Assembly: GCA_964016885.1 (NCBI GenBank)
Contig: OZ024741.1
Coordinates: 384,276,001-384,340,000 of the forward strand
Origin: Eledone cirrhosa
Taxonomy: Eukaryota
Reading direction: 5' to 3'
DNA: 64,000 bases
Shown here: piece by piece, positions 50,194 to 63,830 of the stretch
Layout of the letters: each line of letters starts with the position of its first letter
Numbering within the stretch: position 1 is the first letter of the stretch
The notes under the pieces: model-generated
Told to the model about the DNA's origin: nothing
Database searches by the model: none
What the model saw: the letters and a program-made list of their open reading frames with translations, nothing else
Program-made: the position numbers and the translations under genes

Positions 50194-53100
50194 GCTTTCT
50201 TTATTAACCGCAAGGGTTTACATAAAGTAGACATTAAGGACAGTACAGGACAATACAGGACGGTACAAATGGGCATTTCTGCGTGTAAAAAAAAACAGAG
50301 GATGTAATAAAAAAATAACAATGAAAAATTCCCCAATAGAGGGGAGACTTCCGAGGGACATTCGTGGAGAAAGCCCATTAAAAAGCCACCAGGGCAAGTG
50401 CCCTCTCCCAGTTTTCCACCTTTAATTTACAGATACATACTCAGAGTAGGCCCATTAACTCGGGCCATACTTGCTTCTCTCACCCATCTTTCAACAAAAT
50501 GCTGGGAAGAGAGCACTTCTCTCTCTACTCTGATTTTCCTTTTCAAATGAAATTTGAAAAAGTTAATCAGGGCATCACCGAAGAGGTAAGTGCTCGTCTT
50601 CAGCCCTTTCAAACGTGTCCACCATACTATCTCTTTCGCCATGGCCACCAGACAGATAAAAACTGCCTGCCCTTCCCGGCTAAAGGAAGAGGGCGGGGCA
50701 ATCCTCACGATGGACTCAGCTGATAGCCGGATCCGTCCTACACGTGACAGCAGGTGTCCGACATAAACCCACAAGTCAGCAATGCTCGGACACTGGACGA
50801 GTGTGTGCAGGACGGTTTCGTCGCCCTGCGCGCATCTCGGACATGCCCGACTGACGGCACCTCCATGCTTGTAGAGTTTATCCCGAACAGGCAAAGCTAC
50901 TCGGTAGCACTGCCAGGCCAGGAATTTCTGGAAGTTGTCCATAGGCCCCGGCCCGAAAGTCCTTCCGAAGAGATTGGCTAGTTGATTTTCGTCGACGTCT
51001 AGAGTTGCTCCAAGTACGTCGTCGCTCTTCCCCGCCACTAATCCTCTATAGAAGGCCAAGGTGGAGTTTCCACCGATCACATTGCCCGATTGGTCGAGGG
51101 CTGTGAGCGCCTGAAGACATTCCAGTCGCCAAGCGCTCCCTCTCGGTCTTCGCTTGACCCAGAACTGCAGCTCCGTCAAGGAGACGAGCTCGGGAAAGAC
51201 GTGTCTAGCAAACGGCGACCACACCTGATCACCGTCGAGGAAGAGGTGGAGATGTCGTAGCCTGAGCGCGTGTCTGCACATCATCAGCCACGGTATGTCC
51301 AGCCCTCCACGTAGCGGGTGTTGACACCAGATGGACCGCCTAAACCATCGGAGCGCGTCCCTTCCACAAAAAGCGAAAGAGCAAACGGTCCAGCGCAGTC
51401 AGGTGGGGATTAGGACAAAGTACGACGGTCAAGCGGTAGTAGATGACGGACGCGATGTACGCGTTAGCCACCTCCGCTCGACCTTTTAGGGATAGCTTCC
51501 TCTCCGCTCATTTCTGGGTGAGAGAAGCCAACCTGCTCATCACCTCGTCCCAGTTTTTTTCCGTCTGGAAGTCCGGACCGAACCAGACCCCTAGCAATTT
51601 AATCGGTCCGTCCGTCCAGCGCCCGACGACGCTGTTGGACGGCTTGGACCTGCCTCTCCAGGTGCCGAGCTGCAGGCCCACTGACTTTTCCTGGTTGATC
51701 ATTGCTGCTGTCACCGCTTCGTATTCTCCTAGTGTAGTGCCGATCGCCTCGATGTGTTTGGCGTTCGACACCACAACGGTGACATCGTCCGCATATGCTG
51801 ACACGGATCTTCCGCATCCTAGTTCACGCGGGATCCCCCTCAACGTCTCCAGTTTGTGCAGTAATGGCTCGAGAGTCAATACGTATAAGAGGGACGAGAG
51901 GGGATATCCTTGGTGAACAAAGCGCATGATGTTCCGAAAGGTGACCGTTCACTCTCACCACAGAGCAGATGTCGCTGTGCATGGCAGCCATCCAGCCTCT
52001 GAAGACGGGCCCAAAGCCAGCCGCCCTCAGGACTGCCGCTAGGTAACGATGATCGACCCTATCGAAAGCTTTCGACTGATCTAAATTGATTAAGGACCCA
52101 CCCGTGCCAGGTTCCCTAGCTACCCTCTTTACGATGTATCGCATGAGGTGGAGGTTGTCGTGGATGTATGTGTCGGGAATGGCGCACGTCTGCGCCTCTC
52201 CCACCAACCACCAACGACAAGCGCCAACCTCTTTGCTAGCACCTTGGCCAAAATCTTGAACTCTGTGTTTAGCAGAGTTATGGGCCTAAAATTATCTATG
52301 TTATCCCCCTTGTTCGGATGCTTTCTCAGCAGCGCCAAAGCTCCTCGGCTCACAGAGCTGGGAATTCTCCCGTTCTGTTGCCAGTTGCAGTAGACGTCCG
52401 CCAAGAGGCCTCCGAACAAGTCTGGCATCTGTACGTAACGTTCATAGGGCAGACCATCCAAACCAGGCGATTTACCCCTTGTGCAGCCAGTCATTGCCTC
52501 CGGTACTTCAGCGGCTGTTATCGGCTTTTCGCCGAGAGCCGCGGCAGTCTTCGACGTAGACACTAACGTCCATCCCACGATCCGGCCCGCCGCTGCCTCC
52601 GAACAACTGTGCGAAATGTCGCTGAAAAGCTTCACACATTTGCCCGGGATCCAGTAGCATGCGCCCGTCGTGGTCCACCAAAGACCGGATCGTGACTTTG
52701 TTGCCATGACGCGCCTCCGAAACTCGGGGCCATTCAACGGCTTTCGTCCCCTCGTGTCTGAGAGCACGCACCCTAACTCTGACAACGCAGCCTTCGTGCT
52801 TTGCATTGAAGAATTGGTCAAGGGCCAATTTCGCCGCAAGTACGTCGGTCGCGATGTCTTTGCTAAGCACCTCGTCTAATTTTCTAACTAATTCTCCCTC
52901 TGCTCTATTTTTCTCTATTGCTAAAGCCTTACTAAACCTAATGGACTCTATTCTAATTGCTCTTTTCAGAGCAAACCACCACTTGTTGTTGACGATGGCC
53001 CCCGTCAACGCCCGCTTAACTAGTTCGTTAATTCGGTCTCTGTAGGCCTTGCGCGCTGGTAAGGACGCGTTTAGCTTCCAGTAGCCGGGTCCTCGTCTAT

Positions 53101-55723
53101 GGAGCCTATCTAAGTCAAGCACACAGATCACGAATTTGTGGTACGTGTAGCTGATTATCTTTAATTGTGGACAGCCTATGCTAGACCTATCTATTTCCCT
53201 ACAAAATACTCTATCTAGATATGATCTGGATGACCCTATGCGATTTGTCCAAGTCCACATTGGCATATTCGGGAAATCCAATCGGTACCTGTCAGACAGT
53301 TCAAAACGCCTGAGCAGGTTGGTGAGGCTTTTGCATCCTCCTCCCCTATCCGCTGATCCCACAAAGTACCAGCGTGCATCTAAGATCCCGTTCCAGTCGC
53401 CCACTAACACTAAAGAGCGGGACGTTCCAAGAAAGGTCTCCAGACGCCGGAAGAAATCAGGCCGCCCTGCTCCTGTCGGGGCATAGACGGCCACTAGCCT
53501 GAAAGCTTGCCCGTCTCTGCTGGTCACGTCTAGCACCACCAACTTACCTTCTGGGTCCAGGAAGATGGCCCGTATGGCGAGATCCAAACCTCTCCTAAAA
53601 AGCACAGCAACTCCTCCACCCCGATCCCGGACGGCTGGGAGATGCGTACACATCGTAGCCGCCGAAGATCGGTGCGAAGGCCTGTGCTTCGGAGATTCTG
53701 GTCTCGCTGATGGCCACTACATCTATGTTTAGTGACCTGAAGTCGTTTAGCAGGTGGCCCTGCTTCCATGACGACCCCAACCACGCGCATTTATGCTGCC
53801 TATTCTGAGTGAGGTCATGTTGAAATGGAGTGGAAAAGATGGGAAAGACCTCTTACCTTACTTCTCGTAGAGGAAGGATGGTTTGTCCATCCTTTTCACT
53901 GCTTGTGGCCTCCTCCGGAAGGATGTCCTTATACCTCCTCCTGGAGAGTGTTTGTCGGAAGTCTCCGATGTCTTTGGGGAATTTTTGTTTTAGGGTCATG
54001 TACGTTTTCTGTGTGATGCGAGTTATTTGTATGTGTGGAGGTGGTGTGAACTAGTGGATTGTTGTGTAGTCTTTTTCTGTGATGCTGGTGTTGTGTTGGA
54101 TGTAGTGTAATAATTGGTTTTGTTCAAATTTAATGCTGTGTAGTGTGTATCGTTTTGGTTGTTTTGTTTTGTTTGCGTTTGTTGTGGGTTTGTTTCTGTT
54201 TCGCTTTTTGGTGACTTTTGTGGTGTTGGTGATGGTGGTGTTGGGGTTAATGATGGTGATGGTTTTGATTGTGGCGTGGTGGATGATGTAGGCGCTGGTG
54301 CTAGTTCTGGCGCGTTGGGTGGTGGTGGTGTTGGTTTTGCTACTGTTTCTGGGATTGTTGCTGTTACAGTTGCTTCTATTGTTGCTGCTACAGTTGTTGC
54401 TGCCATCTCTGCTGCTGGTGGTGTTGATGGTTGAGTCACTGGGGTGGGTAGGAGAGGTGGCCTCAACCTTTTAGCCTGAGGTCAGAATGCCCTTAGGTGG
54501 GTTCCTTCACCACAAACGACACACCTAGGCCTTCTGCCCTCGACAATTACGGTGAGGTGGCTGCCGTCAGTGAAGTCTATTACCTCTGGGATCTCCTCAA
54601 TGCTTTTTTGGTCCGCTTGGATCAGGAGGTCCATCCCAGATCCGGACCAGTTCTGCTTTTCTTTCGCTATTTCGATTATCTTGGTGTTGGCTTCGATGCC
54701 GGCGAGGACGGCAGCTATTAGCCAGGGAATTTCGATGGCCGGTGGAACGTGGGTCACCCTGATCTTTACGAGTCTCTGGCCACAATAGCTTGGGACGAGT
54801 GTGAAGTCGTCACTTCTTAATGGGGCCATGGAGTGTTCTCTAGCCTCCTGTGGTGTTTCAAAGAACACTCCACGGTTCGATATTTCTGCCCACGTCTGAT
54901 GTGGTTTTTTTTTACCCACACATGTCCCAAAGCTTTTTGGATTTGGGACTCGGATGCCCGTTCCACTCGGCGCGATTTTATATTAATTGTTCGATAAGAC
55001 ACGGTGCATAGGTGCCGATGCTCCATTTTATTAGGTGGGGGGGGCTGACCATGTACCCATCTTTCTTTACCATTTTTTGGCTTCTTCTAATTCCTCCTGA
55101 GTTACCTGAAATGCTTCGCACTGTTTTGCTACTCTGGCAAAACTCAGGGTGGTTTTCTTCATGTCATTGTTGCTGTTGTTGTTATCGTTATTTTTGTTAT
55201 TATTAATTTTAGTTTCAGTTGTGGTGGCGGTGGCGTCAGTGGTGTTCGGTGTGGAAGAGTTCATTTTGGTTGAATTCATTTCGATATCACGAGTTAATTT
55301 ATTTTTTTCTTTTGTTTCTGTTGTTGCTGTGGTGGTGGTGGCTTTAACACCTGCAGTCATTGGTAATGGCGGGAAATTAATGTCTGCCTGAGACAAATTT
55401 AAAATATTGCTACTGCTTATATTTTTATTGTTGGCAAACGTAGTCATATTTACAATGATGGTGTCGGTGTGAGGTGTTAGTTTGTGAGGAAGGAGTGACT
55501 CTGAGTCGTCCATGATTTTTCAAAGAAACATTTTTGTTTGATAATTATAAAAGTTTAAATTTTTGGCTCAAGGCTCCAATCTTTTTGGGTGTCCTTTTCA
55601 GATAACAATGTATGTGCACTTATATACAGTTAACAATAAAAAATTTCCATAAATGCCAATTTTAAACAACTGAAAATAACAAACCTTTGCGGCGCTCACG
55701 ATGATACGATTTACTACGTCGCC
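50194..55723 (-). mobile_element. Full-length but decayed Tx1-like element of a second family, inside (AAT)n
   Basis: Frameshifted ORF1 (55513 to about 53855) and ORF2 (53818-50427) homologous to the GATA family. AATAAAGAAA 3' end. (AAT)n at 50155-50193 and 55724-55738. Confidence 0.9.
50427..53818 (-). pseudogene. Frameshifted ORF2 (APE-RT-Zn knuckle)
   Basis: GDWN, SYLD, PGLDG, DQSKAFDRV, YADD and CPRC..H..C are split over several frames. Confidence 0.9.
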
Positions 55724-56099
55724 AATAATAATAATAATTATTAACTTGAGAGAGAAAGGGGAAGGTGGCGGTATCACTAGACAAGGGAGAGGCTAGTAAA
55801 AGATATAAATAGATTGACTTAGTGACCTGGCCACCGGCCAAACGTCAACATCAACAACTATGGCACTGCTGGCTCACCCCTTCCTCACCAACAATATAAA
55901 AAGCCCCATCACCACCACCGACATAGCCAACAACAATAACAGGCAACTTCAGCAAAAAGTATATTATATTATTGTAATGCACTGGGTGATTGCTGGCCTT
56001 GTGCCTGGAGTGGAGACAATTATTAATAATTTCATTCTTAAGCCACGCAATGCTCACATTAAGGAACCACTCATGATAATAACAATTTTAAAAAAACAA

Positions 56100-59000
56100 C
56101 AAAAAGAAAACCCCGTGACCAAGAAATACTGGGATGGCGGCCGGCGGGGAATAGCCGTGTCTCTAGGGGCGAACGACCCCTCTAGTCTTGGTTGACACTC
56201 GTTCTAGAAGTGGTACCACGAAATGATTACCCCTTGGCGGATAAGGATAAAACGCGACAAAATAAAGTAAATGTCAAATGATAAAATCTCATACAGGATC
56301 GGCCGTCACCCGGGTAAAAAAGGGTCGCGTCCCTCAGAGAGGAACCAGACTGGGGTCGAAAAATCAGCTAATGGTTCAAACCTTCCCATCACTTCGGAGC
56401 TGGAGACCTCCCATAACCGGAATACTCCTACTGTTGGCCCTCCATGCTCACCACCAAGAAATCCAAAGAAAAAGAGAGAAAAATGGTCAAGGGAAGATAA
56501 TAAAGAAGTCCTTGAGGCTTTCTACACTGCCATGTACTACCCATCAAATACATCGAATACAGAACAGACATATATCAACTGGAAAAAGAAACATCCCGAA
56601 AACAGAGGCTATATTGACAGTAACAAACTAGCCAATATACGAAGAAATATTGTAAGAAAAAAGTTACTAACTGATATAGAAATTGATCAGATCAAGCTAT
56701 TAGCACAAAGTCAGCGAAGGGAAAATGAAACATGTGTCAGTGAAAACGAGGTAAATTGTAACACTTCGAATCCCAGGGTTGGGGCGGAATCACTGGCAAC
56801 AGAACAAATTAAAGAAAGGATCGAAAAAGTGGAGGGAGTGCATGCTCAAGATGAAACTCCAAATGAAAATAATGAGATCGCAAATGATAAAGAAATGAAT
56901 GAGAATGTACTTGCCAACTTGAAGGATGAAATTATGATCGAATGGATGAAAATGAAAGAATCTGACATGGGGCAACGAGACACCCTCTCTAAGATCCAGA
57001 ACTCCAAACAGAACCAAAAGATAATACACAAGACTAACATAATTCTCAAAAACATTATCATCACAAACAAACTAAACATTACTGATTTAAATCATCTCTA
57101 TTATGCATCGGCTAAAGTCACCACTCACTTATGTGGAGTGAAGATGAAAAAACAAAGGAATTCCCATAAGAAATCTACTTGGAAAGAGAACATCAATCGC
57201 CAAATAAACCTTCTCCGATCTGACATAGAAATTTTAACAAACTATAAAGTAGGTGAACATGTTAAACAAACTAAACTTAGAAAATTGAAAAAAAAGTACA
57301 GTATAAAATCAACAAGTGACATAGACATGCTGATAGAAATAATCAAGCAAAAAGTGTCGGCCAAAGCTGCTCGTATAAGGACAATAATATGTTCAAAAAC
57401 AACCAAAGAAACTTCTACAGAAAAATTGGTAAGTCAACAATAACTGCTAAATCAATACCACCCAAGGAGGAAGTGCAAGAATTCTGGGAAAAGATCTGGG
57501 CCGAAGAAAAAGTTCATAACATACATGCCCCATGGATAGACAGACAAATGAAAGATACAGCTCACCTTGAGGAACAAATATGGGAAAATATAACAGTTGA
57601 ACAGTTGCGCTTGGCTCTAAGAAAAACTAGCAAATGGAAATCCCCAGGAAAAGACAAAATACAAAACTTTTGGATAAATGCCTTCACAGTCTCATGAGCT
57701 GTTAGCCCAACTTTACAATGAAATAGTTAAGGAGCCAGAAAAGATACCATCATGGCTAGTTAACGGCATTACATTCCTGCTTCCGAAGAATGATGAGACA
57801 AACAATCCCAAAAATTACAGACCGATAACTTGCTTGACCACAATGTATAAAATTTTAACATCAGTCCTAACTGAATACACATATGACCACCTGATAACAA
57901 ATGACCTATTTCCCATTGAGCAGAAAGGGTGTAAACGAGGCTCATATGGCTGTAAGGATCAGCTTCTGGTTAACAAAATGATACTGGAAGATTGTCATAA
58001 TAGACACAAAAATCTATCGATTGCTTGGATAGATTATAAAAAAGCATTCGATAGTTTGCCACACAGTTGGATTGAAAAATGTTTAGAGATTTTCAAAATA
58101 TCCCCCGTCGTCAGGAGGTTTTTGTCATTCAGTATGAAGACATGGAAAACGACACTCCTTTTGAATAGTGAAACAAAATCACTGGAAGCTGGAGAAGTTA
58201 ATATTATTTGTGGAATTTTTCAGGGTGACTCTTTATCACCGCTTTCATTCTGCATCGCACTTATACCATTAAGTAAAATGCTCAATGAAACAAAACATGG
58301 ATATAAAGTCTATGACAAAACCATTAATCACTTGTTCTACATGGATGACCCAAAACTATTTGCAAAAAATGATGAACAATTGCAAGGGTTATTATCCACT
58401 GTGGAGCAGTTCAGTGATGACATTAAAATGGAGTTTGGACTAGATAAATGCGCCAAAGCAACGTTCACCAGAGGAAAGCTGCTGAAGAGTTCAGACATTA
58501 ATCTTGATCGGGGGAACGTGATAAGAGAACTTGATCAAGAAAAAACTTACAAATATCTAGGTGTTTGTGAAGGAGACGGAATTAAGCACTCGACAATGAG
58601 GGAAAGGATAAGGAAGGAATGTTACCGCAGAGTAAGAGCAATCTTAAGAACGGAATTGAATGCAAGGAATAGGATCGATGCCATAAACACGCTTGCCATA
58701 CCAGTAGTAACCTACAGTTACAATGTCATCAACTGGTCAATCACAGAGATCCGTAGGCTCGATACAAAAATTCGAAAATTCTTAACCATGCACAGAATGC
58801 ATCACCCTAAGGCAGATATAGATAGAATATATCTCCATAGGAAAGAAGGAGGACGTGGGTTAATCCAGTTAGACATTGCGTTGAAAACTGCAACAATTGG
58901 ATTATATACATATCTAAGGGAATCACATGATTGGATGATCAAACTCGTTTTGAAACACGAAAGCATCAAAAGATCATATTCCATTACAAAAGATGCACAA

Positions 59001-60031
59001 AGATACAGTAATGGACTACAAATTTCAGAAGTCCCATTTACTGCTGAAATGGAAAACACAGAAAAAGCAAAGCAGGTAAAAGTAACTGCAAAGAAAGAAC
59101 TGCTACACAAACTGGCTAAGAAATATGCAAGAAAAGCCTCTGTATGGAAAATACCCAGAGCGAGCTAACAATCCTGATGTTGACAAACCTTTAAGCCATC
59201 AGTGGTTGGCATCCTCTGGACTGAAATCGGAGACTGAAGGACTGATTATATCAGCACAAGATCAGTGTGCCAACAAAAAATTACCAAGCCAACATAATAA
59301 AAAAAATGGATGCAGCCCATTATGCCGTGTATGCAAAAAACAACCAGAGACCATTGACCATATAATTTCAATATGCAGTCCTATAGCTCCAACCGAATAC
59401 CTAAACAGGCATGACAGAGCTGCACAATACATACATTGGATAATGTGTAAGCATTTTGACTTGCCCCATCAAAAGAATTGGTGGGAGCATCAACCACCGC
59501 CCATACTTGAAAAAGATCACATCTCAATCTTGTGGAACTTTAGCATCCAAACAGACCGAAAAATAGATGCAAATAGACCTGATATAATATTGAAGGACTT
59601 TAAAAAGAGGGTATGCCTGCTAATTGATATGTCTGTTCCAATAGACAAGAATGTATCTATAAAACATTTGAAAAATTGAGCAAGTATAAGGACCTGGAGA
59701 TAGAAATTGGAAAAATGTGGAAATTGAGAACTAAAACAATGCCAGTGGTTGTAGGCGCTCTGGGAATGATACCTAAGGGGTCTAATGATTACATATCGCA
59801 AATCCCAGGAAACCCACGTATAGGAGAAATACAAAAGATAGTACTAATGGGAACTGCCCATATACTAAGGAAGATTCTGTCAATATAAGTACATCACAAG
59901 TCTAAACACTAAAGATGCATGTGTGAGTGTGTATGTTCTTTCTTGAACATGGCGGACCTTGTTGTCTCTTGAGGTCACTGGTTGTGACTTGGTGATAACT
60001 CGTATGAACATAAAGCAAGATAAATGCAACT

Positions 60032-60032
<1 letters not shown>
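56100..60032 (+). mobile_element. R4/Dong-like non-LTR retrotransposon (RT + restriction-like endonuclease), frameshifted
   Basis: KWSREDN..LEAFY N-terminus; WKSPGKD, NYRPITCL, IDYKKAFD, GIFQGDSLSP, FYMDD; CRVC..ETIDHIISIC, RHD, RPDII..LIDMSVP. (TAA)n at 60033-60063. Confidence 0.88.
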
Positions 60033-60064
<32 letters not shown>

Positions 60065-60584
60065 TTTATACTTATATATAAACTATATATAGTTATAAAC
60101 AGGAAAGGTCAGTATTTTTCATTTTTTATCACCTTATTACCAGTATGAAAAATAGCTCAATGGTATTAAGTATATATTGCATAATATGGCATAGATATCT
60201 TACTTAATATATCTTACTGCTATATATACTTAATACCTTTGGTTTCCTTTCCATGTTATTCTGTATATGCTTGATACCGCTGGACTCTTACTGTCTATAT
60301 GCCTATGTACCACTAATGTCCTCCTTTGAGAATAACCTTCTCTTATAATTATTTTATAATCTTTATTATACCCATTGCTACAGACCACAACATCCTCACT
60401 CTCATAGAATATGACACTATTGATAGCAACAATAATAACAACGTATCTTTATCATTGTTCTGTGGAATAGGAACTTAATTATGTGTTTAAACTTTGCCAA
60501 TTCTCCGATGATTCCAAACGGCTGTTTGGATGAAACGATTGTCAGCAATAAAATGAATTGAACATAGTTTTGATTGTTTTGAAC

Positions 60585-60621
<37 letters not shown>

Positions 60622-61374
60622 CAAGAGAGAATGTATATAAACATAAGTGAGGAGGCTGAGAAGGGAAAACAGCAGTTTGCAGCTTACAGTATTGCTAGAG
60701 AAAGAGTTAGTGAGGGGTGAATACTGTTGCAGTAAAAAATCGATTTATTTTAGATTGAATGACACAAAACAAGACAGTGGTGAGAGTTAGATAATTTATG
60801 TCAACTTTAAGGGCAACAATGAGATTCATTTCTATGCAACGTTGAATATTATGCCAACTCTTATATAATTCATTTGTGTATATATATACATATATATCTT
60901 TGTGTGTAGATTTGTGTGAGAGCATGTACATAAAGATGTATTCAGATGTAGAAAACCTTTTCATGTATGCAAGATGATGTTAAAGCATTGTATTTCTACT
61001 TGTTGTGAGAGGCAATTTAGATATCTTGAAAAACGGCATTGAAATTATAAATAATCCTCACTTAAATATCTCTGTTCCGCAAAATCTTCTAAACGAAATA
61101 GCGTCCAGCGTCCATTTTCAAGAAAGTTGCCATGGGAATTTGCCAGCTTAATGTCAACATCTTTTATTGACAAACATGAACGTGTAATGTGTGTGTCGGG
61201 AACGTGATATTGATTTCTGCATGGTTTCAACTGAGTGCTAGATGAATTAAAACGAATTAAATAAGTCGGTCATGCCAGAAAAGTGAATCGTGCATTCTAG
61301 CTTGAAATCAACGACAGGTTTACGTCGAATCTGTTTACATGCACATTTCACCAACTATTTCGGTTTAAAACTCT

Positions 61375-61513
61375 TTCTTCTTCTTCTTCTTCTTCTTCTT
61401 CTTCTTCTTCTTCTTCTTCTTCTTCTTCTTCTTCTTCTTCTTCTTCTTCTTCTTCTTCTTCTTCTTCTTCTTCTTCTTCTTCTTCTTCTTCTTCTTCTTC
61501 TTCTTCTTCTTCT
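61375..61513. repeat. (CTT)n microsatellite
   Basis: Directly visible. Confidence 0.97.
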
Positions 61514-62239
61514 CCACCACCCCTTCATCTTCAGTTCTTATAAGCAGTGTCACCTTCTTCTGGACATATTTCATTATCCTTCACTTATTGTTAACGATTT
61601 TCAATAAATGCAGTCAACCATCATCAACAATTGTCAATGAAACATCAACAGCTTTGATCTGAGTTGATGACAACAAATATCAGCTTAAAAGCCTCTTGAT
61701 AAACATAAAGTCAAACATGTATCTGTGATAACGACATCTAATTTTAAAACTAATTCGTGATTCTCCTACTTCATAAATCTTTTGCAATTTTGTTTAGTTT
61801 TACATTATAGTAATGGTTTTACATTATAGTAATGGTTTTACAATACCGCAAATATTTGTTCGCCATATTACCCAACATTATGAACTCTGAAACAGAGAGA
61901 ACAGTTTCCACCTTAACTAATCTACAAGTCCCTCTTCCTTGTTGATATGATCATAATTTACACTTAAATTCCCGAACTATTAACATTAATATTTATTACA
62001 ATTTGAAATTCTCCGACTTTTTACCTAACATTCTTCTCATATCTGTAAGCTACTGACATTGTACGCAAACATGTTTGGTCCATAAACGCTAATTTAAATA
62101 CATCATATTATGCTACACACACACATACGTGAGTGTGTAATCGTGTGTACCACATTAACGCTTGTATAGGTATGTGTGTGTACCGTGTGTGTAAAATTGC
62201 TCTTTGTGTACTGGGTATCAATAATTTAATATTTGGTCA

Positions 62240-62720
62240 AACATACAGAAAAAGAAAGTAGCATTGGAAAGGACTATAGATGTCATAAATGAGAGGAAAG
62301 TGGGGGTAAATAGCAAGGACTATTAAGCAACGGAAGAAATAAAGGAGAATGGGAGAGAGTGACAAGTTTACACCTAGGTCAGAACGGTGTTTCAATTGCG
62401 CCCCGGGGCAAAATAGCGAAGGCATTTTCGTGGCCAGTGACTCTCGCTGCAACATCCACCTCACCTCATGGGGCTCCTTCCTCAGATGGGCTGTAGTCAT
62501 TCCGATTTTACGTAGTAGTTCAGCTGTACGGGGTCTGAGGACACCTGAGGTACTGACGGCGACCGATGCAAAAGGGAAGCGGCCGGACAAGCCCCCCGGT
62601 ATTTGCTTGTCTTCCTGTGCCCTGCATTGCAGGTCGCGTTACTGGGGTTTGTAGCCGAAGCGATTAAAAGTTGGAGGCCGAGAACGTGTCACAGCATGTC
62701 GCGTCCCAGATGAGGGATTT
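62240..62720 (-). mobile_element. 3' fragment of a CRE-like non-LTR element (RLE C-terminus)
   Basis: Manual translation across frameshifts: LIWDATCCDTFSASN...RKTSKY...FASVAVSTSGVL...WMLQR. Confidence 0.6.
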
Positions 62721-63024
62721 ACCAAGTGCAAATTTTGTCTTAAAACAATGCCACCATTTCTCAACAAATATTTACCAAATGTGTCACGCACATCCAGATG
62801 TATTTCAGAATAACCACGGAAAATATCTCGATTTTCAGCCGCTTCTATGGTAAAAAGATTAGCTTCATGGAAAAAGACGTAGAACGATTGAAAGATTTTA
62901 TAGATTAGAAAGGAGAGAGAGAAAAAATACGGCTATTTGAGGAAGAAGTGAAGCAATTTGGTTTTCTTAAGTTAATTTCTCTACTTTCTGTTTCCTTCAA
63001 TCTTTCTCCCCCCTCTCTTTTCTT

Positions 63025-63073
<49 letters not shown>

Positions 63074-63725
63074 CTATATACCCCCACACACATATATATA
63101 TATATATATAATAAGTTGACGGGACCAGCATGGGTTTCACTACTAGTAGCGGTTGCCTCTCAGCATACTCAATAGGTAATGTAAAATTCCAGAGTAGACG
63201 CATAGTTATTCGCTTCAATATAACACACGTAAATGGGTACTTTCAATCTATACCTGTACTCGAGTTTCGGCCACACTTAATGCAGCAGTAGAGTGCACAG
63301 CATCCACTGCCTGAATTTATTATGCAACAATGCACAATCGGCGCATGTGACTTCATCGGGGGGTTTCGCCTAATCAATAAGCAATCGATCGTCAGAATTC
63401 GATTCCAATCCGTGTCGGCTATGACAGTGAATGCGACGGCCGGCACAGTAAAACATCAGCATCATATATATATGTGTGTGTGTGAGGTGTAAATACAACT
63501 AAGAATCAAGTTTGGTTATTTGGAAGCCCGACAATGCGTGTTTGGTAAAAAGGCCAAGGTAATAAGAAAAGTGAAGTAAAAGAGTGAGGACGATAGTTAC
63601 CTTAGCAATTCTTAATGATCCCAAATATTTTCGGATTGTGCATCCATTAACAAAAGGAGTCCGTTGGGGGCGGACCTCAGTGAGAAACCTGAGAAATGTC
63701 GTAGGCGGCTGTTCGATTTATGTCC

Positions 63726-63770
63726 AGTAGTAGTAGTAGTAGTAGTAGTAGTAGCAGTAGCAGTAGTAGC

Positions 63771-63825
<55 letters not shown>

Positions 63826-63830
63826 ATAGT
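63726..63830. repeat. (GTA)n microsatellite
   Basis: Directly visible. Confidence 0.95.

Noticed and set aside
56340-56378. HDV-like ending GCTAA-TGGTTC pairing with GAACCA
   Set aside because: There are too few bases between the P2 strands to hold P3, L3, P1' and P4.
60660-62230. Possible host exons in the less repetitive stretch, including poly-K/poly-L ORFs
   Set aside because: The short ORFs have no recognisable domain, and the poly-K/L ORFs are the (CTT)n tract. Small exons cannot be excluded without RNA data.
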